From Perna viridis (lineage: Eukaryota), in assembly GCA_037379345.1 (NCBI GenBank), contig CM074511.1, positions 36,896,862 to 36,960,861 of the forward strand: a DNA stretch of 64,000 bases, written 5' to 3'. Positions 28,114 through 40,100 of this stretch are shown one piece after another; position 1 is the first letter of the stretch, and each line of letters opens with the position of its first letter. The position numbers and the translations under genes were made by a program. The notes beneath the pieces are model-generated. The model had not been told where the DNA came from. It was given only the letters and a program-made list of their open reading frames with translations, and searched no databases.

Positions 28114-30807
28114 TAAATTAATATATATCAAACCTGCCTTCACTCATCTTTTCTTGAAGTTTTTAAACTGTGGTTAATATGCATTTTGCACCTCTGTAAA
28201 CAAAACCTCTGTATATACTGAATAAAAATCTGAGTCTAAAGAGAGAGTTCTGTTAATTTTCAAATATGACACTGACTCGTGAAAGGTGTGATATGTACAT
28301 CACTTTGATTAAAATTTATGTAATAAACTCTGTGATGATTAAAATTTATGTAATAATAAAACTCTGTGGGAGTCAGTACAATGTAGTAACTTATAATGTA
28401 TACAAAGAAATTTGAAAGCGATATAACCTCTGATTTACATTCAAATAATTTCTACAAACCAGTAAATTTATTCATTTTTTTTTTTGTTAAAGAAAGTTTG
28501 TATTACATGTAGTTCTTTACACCTTTGTTCTCTACCATCGTCAGAATCAGCTGTGGGTTTCTGATGATAATTCCGTACTTGCTTCAGTTTCTAGGTTTTC
28601 AGTATGTTTTCAATTTCATCCCAATGGCTTTTTGAAAAGATTTTCAATTAGAAAACATGTCTCCTCTCCATCAGAAAAAAAAAAACCCAACAAAATATCC
28701 AAAGCAATCATAATACAAATATATTTGGTTTCAAAATGCAAAACAGTGAAAATCTATCAATCAGAAAATGATGGCTTTGGGACACTAACCATTTTGAAAA
28801 CTTACCTTACATGAAAAATTAAATTCTATCCAACAACCAACATTACTCTAAGTGATAATTCCATCAGTAAAATTGCTCCGTTAATTACAACGTTAAAAGG
28901 ACCACAAGCTACAGGACTTAATCAATCCAAAACACAATTCCAACCTATTACTTATTTATAAGTTAAACAGAAGTAAATTAAAATGTTCCTCACCTGGAAG
29001 CTAGAATTAGCACAGAGACATATTGATTTCACTTCACCACAGCTTATGATTCCATACTCTGAAGACTGAGATAGTTTAAGTCAATAAAAAGATGATGGTA
29101 TTAGGCCTTTAACACAACTCAAATGGTCTGTATGGGATACCTTAGATTCTTTGATTGATGGATACTATATAGTAAAACTCCTTATGTTGTGGCTGCTACA
29201 TTTAATATACATTTACATATAGCTCTGCTACATTGCTCTTGTACAGGATATTGTAGATTGATTTTACATAAACTGAAGAATCAAGAGCATTAAAAATGGT
29301 CCTAATTAGTGTAACAGAGATGTCTCCTACTTAAATCACTAATACCAGGCTGATTTCAAGGTAAAAGGATGCAATTGTGTAAATTCTCATTAAAATCTTT
29401 TATAATCCAGATTTCCTTTTAAGTATGAGGGTTAATAACCATGCACCATCATTTGATAGACCAAACTGGTTTTGTTATATGAAATGCTAGAGACGACATA
29501 ATTATTCTCAAACTCCTTGTATGAAAACCTTTTTTTTAACATAAACTACCAGCAAACATTAATATTGCATCTAGACCATATACTTGTCTAAACCTTCTAC
29601 ATCAGTTTTTTGAATTGAGGATCAGGTTAACCATGCATCTGCTCAAACTTCTCCTCCCCCCCCCCCAAGACATTTGGTTAAGAAAGATTTCTCTCTACAA
29701 AAATAATAAAATAAAATCTGCAAAAGCTTGGTTTAGTAAAACTTATGATTTAGACAGCTTACATGGGAGGGTTTTTCAGTTTAAATGCATAAAACACCTA
29801 CTGCAAACACTTATCACAATAAAAGAACATACTAGTCTGGATGTCTATTATGTGAAAACAGTTATTAAATAACCCAAAAAACCACAAGAAAATTTCCAAA
29901 AGTTATTTGATCAATTTCAAATATTTCTATACATTCAATAAAATTGTAAAGCAAGGAGAAGATGAGGGGGAAGGAAAATGTGAAACTGTTTCTATAACAT
30001 TAAAGGATCCACCTACAAATTCCAAGTCCTCATTACTACATTAAAGGATATTGTGATAAAAAAAAAAGTTTGATTCCAAAGTAATGTTCTGCCTTTATTG
30101 GAATGCAACATGGAACGCTGATCTGTGATAAAATTCTTTGTTCTCTCAGAAACTATGGAATGTTGCCTTATAAAACATGAACTACAGGCTGTTTAAATGT
30201 TATATCTGTAATGTTTCCTCTGCCGGATTTCATTGAGAAAATCACGTCCATTTCAAACACAAGTCAAACACTATGAAATCAATATCAGTAACTTAGTAAT
30301 CATCATTTGACAATTGGTTAGCTTATCTAATTCTTTCTTGGGAAAGACCCAGACATAAAAAGCTACATTTAGTTAGCCTAATGTAACCAATTTCCTATCA
30401 TGCAAATAAAATGAAGTTCACAGCAATTTATTCTTGACTGACAGTTAATTTAGAACCAAATGTTTACATTTCAAATAAAATGTTTTACTAGTTTGACCTG
30501 CTAACCAAATTAGTTTAAGAATGAAATTTTAGAATTGCATAACTGTTTCTTTAAATAAAGGATAACATCATTTAGACATGAATATCAAAGGGATTTAATA
30601 CAATCAGGACTTTTAGTAAATATGAAACTATATATGAAATGAATGTTACAGTTTTACTGCACACAGGAAACTAGCAGTCACAGGGAAAATAATGGGCAAG
30701 CTATTTCTAAATTAGAAAGTGAGATACCTCAACGAGCAACCAATTGATTTCTATGGTCCTGCTGGAAAAAAAAGTTTGCATTCTTGACTTTTTTTCAGTA
30801 TAGTTCC

Positions 30808-30995
30808 CAGTGGCGGATCCAGAGTTTTAGGTAACGGACGGCGGGGCCCCAAAAAATTTTTTTGACATGATCACCAGTGAGGATCACAAAGTTAGTGTTT
30901 TTCATGATTTAACACAATTTTTCAAAATTTTTTTTTTCTAAGGTGGGGGGGGGGGGGGGAATGGCCTCCTGGCGTCCCCACTGGATCTGCCACTG
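30808..30995. mobile_element. MITE with 15-bp TIR and 5-bp TSD (GTTCC)
   Basis: GTTCC|CAGTGGCGGATCCAG ... CTGGATCTGCCACTG|GTTCC, with internal poly-G. Confidence 0.85.
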
Positions 30996-32716
30996 GTTCC
31001 TGACCTGACTTTTTATTTTTTACTCTAGCCTTGTCTTGGGTTTACCCAATTGTTCATCCAGGATTTTTCAAATATACATCAGTATACATATGGAATTTAA
31101 ATATGACTGTTGCAAATGCCTCAATTGACCTATGTGCATTTTGGGTGTCTTTTCAAGAAAATGAATGATACACTTAACTCATTAGAGCCGTTTACAAGCA
31201 CTCAGAATTAAGAGCTTAAATCAATTCATTTGGATGTGATGGATTTTTCTTGTTACTGAGACTCTCATCTTGGTGGCTTTACAAAGAATAAGCATCTTAT
31301 ATATCTTATTACTTTCTGAATATTACAGCAATAAATCAAAAATGTTTTTTTAAGCTTTTGACCTATATCTTTTAAATAACTATACTAATGCTAAGTTACC
31401 AAAAACTACACTTGCTCCTGCAAATATTTGAGCAATATAAACTGGTACCTGGTAAATGTCAAAATAAACTATGGTCTTAATATAACATATTCTTTCTTTT
31501 TCTCTATTCAAATAAGAAAAATATCTTGAATTTTTGGCAAATATTTTGAATTATAGGATAGACAAAACTAATCAGATTTATCCATATGATAATTACAAAG
31601 CACTTAGAGTGAGTGTCAAAGAAACTACACTTGTTACCACTGATGAAAAAGCAGCAGCCTAATATACTATTTCTGCAATATCCATGAATTACTTCATTAA
31701 AACAAATGCTTTGAAGTGATATTACTTCCACACCCTGATTTACAATTTAATGTAAAGTTATGCAAAATTACCATGAAGTTGGTGAAATACTTCTGTCAAT
31801 GAGGGTATCATAACCCTCGTCCATGCCTCATTTGATAGCCTTTTAAACTTTGGTTTCTTTTTGAAGAGATAATGAGGCCTAACATTGTTTAGAAACTTTA
31901 TGCAAAATAAAAGCTTCCATATGGCAAAATTGGGTTTTTCTCATTAAGATCTGATTAATGTTTTGAAAGCTTTAGATTTCATGAGGTAGATTTAAACAGG
32001 AGATTTTATGAATTGTAAAATAATGTTATTTGCATTTAAATTTATGCTTTAACACAGAAGTAAGAAAGAAATTAAGCGGGTTTTATACTATGCAACAAAC
32101 AAATTGAAATGAACAGCAATCTGGTAATAGACAACCTTAATTGTAATAGACAGAGAATAGAACAGAGTGAAAAAAATGCCTTAGAATTCAAGTCCAACTT
32201 TTTTTTTTAAATTATATAATCTCTATCTGCTGACTGCACTCCATCAAACAACTCTTAAAAAGTAAAATCATACACCAAAGGGAATATGAAAAAACTTCTC
32301 AATGTGGAAATATTACAATTACTTGAGCACTTATTCTAATGCAAATGTTACATAATAAGAGTATGATAACATTTGCAAAAATGACCTGTTCAGTAACTAT
32401 CAGACACGAGGCTGCCACATTCAATATACTTGATTGGTATCTACAACAATTAAACGAGATGTGAAAATAAAAACAATATATCACCAACAATTACAATGAT
32501 TGTGGTTATGCAATATTGATTAGAACTCTGGAATATCAAACTGCATAATTATTCTCTTTGGCAATAGGAGCAGAAATTCTAGCGGATATGGTGAAAAAAA
32601 TCGATCTGACAATAGTTATCGATGCACATGGTCTACATTTGCATGGGATTGAAACATGAATGATATGTTTATTCTTTAAAGGTTATGAACAAACAGCATA
32701 TTTAGCATATTCTGTT

Positions 32717-32873
32717 GAACATCAGGAAGAACTTCATACCAAGGTCTGTGAAACACAGACATTACAGGGAACATCAGGAAGAACTTCATACCAAGGTCTG
32801 TGAAACACAGACATTACAGGGAACATCAGGAAGAACTTCATACCAAGGTCTGTGAAACACAGACATTACAGGG
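32717..32873. repeat. 52-bp tandem repeat, 3 identical copies
   Basis: Unit starts at 32717, 32769 and 32821; contains the hairpin GTCTGTG-AAA-CACAGAC. Confidence 0.95.
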
Positions 32874-34672
32874 TTTAGTTAATCTAGACACCATATCACC
32901 ATAACTTAAATTTGCAGTCTTTCATAAAAATCAAACTAAAGCTGCCTTGCTTCAGGACAATTTGAGGGGAGGGTTCTAGGGTTGGATCCCTCTTTTGATA
33001 GGAAAATGTTGTTAGTTTTTTGTGCAGCATTTTGGCAAAATGAGCAAATAATAGCATGCAACCCCCTTTTTATTATAGCTTTCTGGATTGAAATCCCCTT
33101 CCTGTTTAAATTTTTGGACCTGACTCTAGGGGGGAGGGGCATGGAATATACAAGACATATTGTAGAAGATATTCCAGTAAAAGAACCATATCTATAGTCA
33201 TATTGTTCAATATAAAATCCTACAACATGTCAACATTATTCTTTGCAAAAAAAAAAGTTATGAAGAAAAAAATCTTAGCATGCCACTTCTCATTTAGTCT
33301 GAAAATTCCAAAATAGCACAACAGTGAATAAAAATACTGAAATAAACAAAATAGAAGAAAGCAAACGGTGAAAGAAGAAAAGAAAAAAATATGTTACACC
33401 TAAATTCTTACATATTCTCTCATCATCAAATAACTAATATAAATTTTCATTTTTTTTTATATTTATTGCCATTTTTAGAAACCAATCTTGATAATGATTG
33501 AATGTCAGTGATATGGAAATAAATCATGTAAAATGAAATAAATGGTAGTGATACATAATGTGTGTCATTATATGTTAACTTTCCTACCTAACCTAACCCT
33601 AAAAACTTAAAAGTAAATACTATTCATATATTATCAGAAACTATCAATTTTGACAAGATTAACCCCTGTCGCCAAATATTTATATTTGCCATTCATCATA
33701 AGACTTTTTACACTTAGCTACAATTCTATTTTATAATCTTGCAAGGTTTATACAAATAGGAAGTGGCATGGCCTAAGCTTCAAATCTTCAATTATCTGTT
33801 GTTTAAGTTGCTAATTCTCAGCCAAGCATAAGGTCAATAGGGGAAAGGAATGGAACAAGTAATGTTCCATGTGTGTATGTGTTTAGGGGGAGAGGGATGG
33901 GTGAAAGGATACCTTATCAAAAATGATGTGTAAAACTTGGATCAATCAAATATCAATAAAAAAATATTGATTCATGAAAGGTTTCATTGATTTCAACTTT
34001 TCAATGTTGGTTCTGTTACATGATTCTGAAAAATGGCATGCAACCCAAAATAATAAAAAATCCATTAGGGTATCCTAATTTCCTGCAATTTATGCTCAAT
34101 GACCTATGAAATATTTAAACTGTACCTTTAAGTGTATCAAGTTCTATCAAAGGATTGCCTGATCCTCGTATAAGACCTCTACTCTATACATTTTTTTTGC
34201 ACAAAGAACTTTCTTAACAAAATTTGCATGACTACATTTTTTTTTTGCATTTTTAGGTTTTTTTTTCAAAAACAGAACAAGACATTTGTGATTTATTATT
34301 AAAAGGTTATCTAAAACCTACCAATCATATGTGTACCTGATGAAAAACGGAAAATTTAATAAACCTTGCGACTCTATTTTACATGACATCTTCATAAGCT
34401 TGATTTAACTAAGGCCACCCAGAAATTAATGCAGTCGTTACATGCTAAAAATGTTGAATTTAAAAGTAGAAATAATGTTAGAATTTGATTTTAGTGATAA
34501 AACACCAAAAAATTGTACAGCATACTGTGATTAAAGAATACCATAAAAATTATTTTGACCTTAAGTAAGAGTTAAATCACCTAAAAAGGTCTATAAATTG
34601 GTGCAAAATTGCATATAATCAGAACGTTTCAGTATTCTTAGTCCTTAACATCACACCTATCTAAAAATCTAA

Positions 34673-34740
34673 TCTAAATCGCCTGAATATAGCTGAAATA
34701 TTGCTGCTCGGGCGTTAAACCCCAACAAACAAACAAACAA
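34673..34740 (+). mobile_element. Severely 5'-truncated SINE/LINE tail with (CAAA)n end and target-site duplication
   Basis: ATAGCTGAAATATTGCTG..GGCGTTAAACCCCAA(CAAA)n flanked by ATCTAAAAATCTAA (34659-34672) and ATCTAAAATCTAA (34741-34753). Confidence 0.65.
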
Positions 34741-34890
34741 ATCTAAAATCTAAGAACTTATTATCAAAATTATACAATATTCAACTCATAGAAACATGGT
34801 AAAATATGGGACAGCCCTTAAGCAGAAAATACATGTTCTTCAACATGTAGAATAATATATTTCACCAATACCGGGTGTCATTCTGAATAT

Positions 34891-37174
34891 AGATGACCTT
34901 TAGTACGCTTTTGAATTTCTTCCTCAACTAACTTAAACAAATATTCATAATTTGTCTGAGAAATCGTGAAAGGTTTCCATTTATATTTCTACAGAAAAAA
35001 AAATAAATAAAGGTTTCCATACCTTCTTGTTTTTAGTTGCATTCCTATAACGGTTTTGTTAAATTCCAAATAAAGAATATACTACAGACACAACTGAACA
35101 TTAAAGTCCTGATTTTATACAGCACAAGAATGAAACTTAAACAGATTTACCTAACCAAGTCATCAAAATGTAGTGCTTTATATTATATACATTATGTAAT
35201 GTATAATATTTGAAAATCATTATTTTTCTTATCAACTATCAAATTTAATAGCACATTTTTACATTCCATTCACTAGTCCATTGCAACTTACGGGACTGAT
35301 CAATAGATGTAAAAATATGTGGAAAATCACATAATGACAGCATTTTTCTTAGAAACAATGACAACTGACTACAGCTGTATACTCATTGTTCAATTTCTGA
35401 CTTCATTTTTTTATCTGAAGCAAAATAAATAAGCTTTACAGTAGCTCACCTGAACATATATAGATGACCTTTAGTACGCTTTTGAATTTCTTCCTCAACT
35501 AACTTAAACAAATATTCATAATTTGTCTGAGAAATCGTGAAAGGTTTCCATTTATATTTCTACAGAAAAAAAAATAAATAAAGGTTTCCATACCTTCTTG
35601 TTTTTAGTTGCATTCCTATAACGGTTTTGTTAAATTCCAAATAAAGAATATACTACAGACACAACTGAACATTAAAGTCCTGATTTTATACAGCACAAGA
35701 ATGAAACTTAAACAGATTTACCTAACCAAGTCATCAAAATGTAGTGCTTTATATTATATACATTATGTAATGTATAATATTTGAAAATCATTATTTTTCT
35801 TATCAACTATCAAATTTAATAGCACATTTTTACATTCCATTCACTAGTCCATTGCAACTTACGGGACTGATCAATAGATGTAAAAATATGTGGAAAATCA
35901 CATAATGACAGCATTTTTCTTAGAAACAATGACAACTGACTACAGCTGTATACTCATTGTTCAATTTCTGACTTCATTTTTTTATCTGAAGCAAAATAAA
36001 TAAGCTTTACAGTAGCTCACCTGAACATATATAGATGACCTTTAGTACGCTTTTGAATTTCTTCCTCAACTAACTTAAACAAATATTCATAATTTGTCTG
36101 AGAAATCGTGAAAGGTTTCCATTTATATTTCTACAGAAAAAAAAATAAATAAAGGTTTCCATACCTTCTTGTTTTTAGTTGCATTCCTATAACGGTTTTG
36201 TTAAATTCCAAATAAAGAATATACTACAGACACAACTGAACATTAAAGTCCTGATTTTATACAGCACAAGAATGAAACTTAAACAGATTTACCTAACCAA
36301 GTCATCAAAATGTAGTGCTTTATATTATATACATTATGTAATGTATAATATTTGAAAATCATTATTTTTCTTATCAACTATCAAATTTAATAGCACATTT
36401 TTACATTCCATTCACTAGTCCATTGCAACTTACGGGACTGATCAATAGATGTAAAAATATGTGGAAAATCACATAATGACAGCATTTTTCTTAGAAACAA
36501 TGACAACTGACTACAGCTGTATACTCATTGTTCAATTTCTGACTTCATTTTTTTATCTGAAGCAAAATAAATAAGCTTTACAGTAGCTCACCTGAACATA
36601 TATAGATGACCTTTAGTACGCTTTTGAATTTCTTCCTCAACTAACTTAAACAAATATTCATAATTTGTCTGAGAAATCGTGAAAGGTTTCCATTTATATT
36701 TCTACAGAAAAAAAAATAAATAAAGGTTTCCATACCTTCTTGTTTTTAGTTGCATTCCTATAACGGTTTTGTTAAATTCCAAATAAAGAATATACTACAG
36801 ACACAACTGAACATTAAAGTCCTGATTTTATACAGCACAAGAATGAAACTTAAACAGATTTACCTAACCAAGTCATCAAAATGTAGTGCTTTATATTATA
36901 TACATTATGTAATGTATAATATTTGAAAATCATTATTTTTCTTATCAACTATCAAATTTAATAGCACATTTTTACATTCCATTCACTAGTCCATTGCAAC
37001 TTACGGGACTGATCAATAGATATAAAAATATGTGGAAAATCACATAATGACAGCATTTTTCTTAGGAACAATGACACCTGACTACAGCTGTATACTCATT
37101 GTTCAATTTCTGACTTCATTTTTTTATCTGAAGCAAAATAAATAAGCTTTACAGTAGCTCACCTGAACATATAT
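34891..37174. repeat. Tandem duplication, 4 x 571 bp
   Basis: Unit start AGATGACCTTTAGTACG at 34891, 35462, 36033 and 36604. Copies 1-3 appear identical by eye; copy 4 differs at 37022, 37066 and 37077. Confidence 0.97.
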
Positions 37175-40100
37175 GCATAAAAGAAAAAAAAGGTATCCTC
37201 ACTTACCTCTTATGTAATGTGTTAAATCTTAACTTAATGTTCAGGTATTAAAGATAACTTTTTGCATTACATCCAAACCGATCAGAGAAATGGGAGTTTA
37301 TCTTCAAATCTTCAAAAATCAGAAAGCAATTAGTAACATCACTACTTCAGTCTATTTCAGATCAAGATATTGTTGAAGTTGATAAAAGAAAAGATTTTCA
37401 AATCAGAAGAAATAAGAACTGACTTCTAATAGAGACATGACAATCTAGACAAATAAATCACCACAGCAGGTACAATCAAGGGTACCAGGTTCCTTTGATC
37501 TCACCTGGAGACAGGTAAACACAAAAATTAGTACCTCCCTAAACCCATCAAGGGAGATAATTATAACAAATTGACCACTTTGTTCAGAAAATACATTTAA
37601 ACTAATAGTTTAGTGTTTTTATTGTGTTTACTGGTAGTTATTGTTAAAGTAAAGTTGGTATTATTCAATACTAAATTTAAAGTTTTCCAACTGAAAGTTT
37701 ATATCTTTATTTAATGTTGTCGCAGTAAATGGCGGACATTAATCCACATTACAGAAGGTTTGATGACACCATCATTATGTGTTTTATGAGATTAGGATCG
37801 GTTTTTTATTTGGTCAATGGAGACTTGAACTTAAATTTAAAATAATGATATATGGTATCATTAAAGTCAACAAGTTATTGTTAAATATTTTGTATTTTTC
37901 ACTTTCACCCAGATGACTGTTATCCTGAATAAAACAGGTAATTGTAATTCAAACATTTAAAGGAATTTTGTAATGCAGTAAAAACCACCAGAATTCTGCT
38001 ATATCATTAAGAATCTTTCAAATATTTTTTCATTTATTTGGTAGTTCAGAGCCATCATTATAAAACTATAATAACAACACCCACATAGAAAACATTTTGT
38101 TGATCAAGAATAAATACCTCCATTAATTTAAGTTCTTCACTATATAAGTGTAGTAAAAATCACTATATTAAAAAGTTTATAAATATTAGGTCATAGCTTC
38201 CTTTTAAAATATACCTAAAATTAAGGGATTTACAGTTTCGTTAATAGAATTTTCCCCTACCTAAATTCTCCCTAAAAAAGTGAAAAATTGGTCTAACCTA
38301 TCATCCTACTTTTAAGGGTAAATGAACCTTTATGTACCATTTTTGGTATCCTTGTGTACTGATAACTGAACATTTTAGTGATGTATGAAAAATGCATTGG
38401 TAACAATATATAGACTTGTAAAAGTTCTTCCTATAATACAAAAAAAATAATGCAAACAGGAATGTCAATAGAAGCCGTCAACCGACAATATTGGTCGGCT
38501 ACTTGCTCATCTCATGACAACTACTCTGTTTTCAAAAATGGATGAACACTTGCAAAATTTTCATCACTCTACCTGCTACTTTTTCATTTCTTCCTACTAC
38601 TTAAAATACTACTGACATCCCTGGCAAGGAATGAATTATAACTGAATAAAGCCTTCTTTTTGGTACATTTTAATCTTTCATTGGATGTTAAGTATCAAAG
38701 ACTGAACTGGCTGGGCCCCTTTATGCTCCAAAAGTTTGGTTGATTTTATACATAAAAAAAAAACACAAAAAAACTAGAAATCACTTGAGCTGCTTGCCTT
38801 TTTCAAAATGTCTGAATCCGCCATTTGGTCAGAATCATTAAGTTCAAAATATTGTTCAACAGTATCTATTTTCATACATATGAAGTAATTAGCTAACTCA
38901 AGAACGCAATTCATCACAGAAAATATGTACTTAGAAAAAACAGCTAAGGTAAAAGCACAGTCTGACTTATATGTCTAGCTGAAAAGCACAGTCTGACTTA
39001 TCTGTCTAGCTGACTTAAGTTTCTAAAAAAACAATTGGCATCAACTGGTCCTTTTCCTATATAAAAGAGCCTAACAAGATAAGTCATTCACTGTACTTAA
39101 AACATCAAATATTTAATTGAAGTAATTGAACCCTATTATCAAGTTTTTTTCTAACTTTATGATTTTATCAGTTCATTACTGACAAAGTAACTGTCATCAT
39201 ATATGCCAGAATTAAAGTACATCAGTCAATGTAAATCTATCCAAATTTGGTTAACTAGAAATAGCCTGTGGCGTACTAGACATGGCATAATATACCAAAT
39301 ACATGGAATTTCGAATTATGTTATTTATACATGCTTATTTGAAATATCAAATATAGCACAGAAAAATTTCATTTAAAGAACAAAAAAGTCTCCAAAAGAA
39401 GCCATAAAAAAGTAAAAGTCTACCTGAAATCTAGAGTCATACATGTCTAATATAACCGTACTTGTAACACACTTTTGTGTGCTGTAAATTGAATTATTGC
39501 AATAAAAAAGCTGGGCTACAATTGCAATCAGGGATATCAAACCAAAGAGACTCTGACTTCTCCTAATGACAAAAGGCTTGAATTCACCTGTTAACTTAAA
39601 AGATTAAACTATCCACAGACAAAGTGACACTTGCATGCTAAAACATTATTTACAGCCAAAAACAAAACCAGATTCAAATTTCAAAAAATAATTTTTCATT
39701 GACCCTATTCATTACTGATTTGAAAACAAGACATCTACAATTTCACTTTTCTGTTTCAATCTTCAACATATCAAACTTGTCACAGGTAGTGATCATTCAA
39801 AAAAAGATCAAAGGTCCGTATTTAATTGAAAAAATAAACAACTTAGGTAACAATATACACAGTTTGAATGAACTTGTAAGGAAAGAAAGAAACACCACAT
39901 GTGTTCATGTCAAAGAAAAGGGAAAGTCTTGACCCTAAGAAATGCTTGAAGAATTTGAATAGATTTCAAATATTTTATTCACATGCAAAATATACTATTC
40001 ATTATTAACACAGAAAAGATTTTATACTGGTTTCTCCACATTCATTTTTTATTAGCAAATAATAAAAACATACTTTTAATGATAAAAATATTTGGCAGAA

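Noticed and set aside
32717-32873. Hammerhead ribozyme or retrozyme monomers
   Set aside because: GAAAC is on the + strand but CTGATG occurs only on the - strand and is not followed by A; there is no complete core on either strand.
28306-39015. Short two-copy duplications at about 28306-28368 and 38951-39015
   Set aside because: Ordinary slippage duplications of about 30 bp with no further structure.
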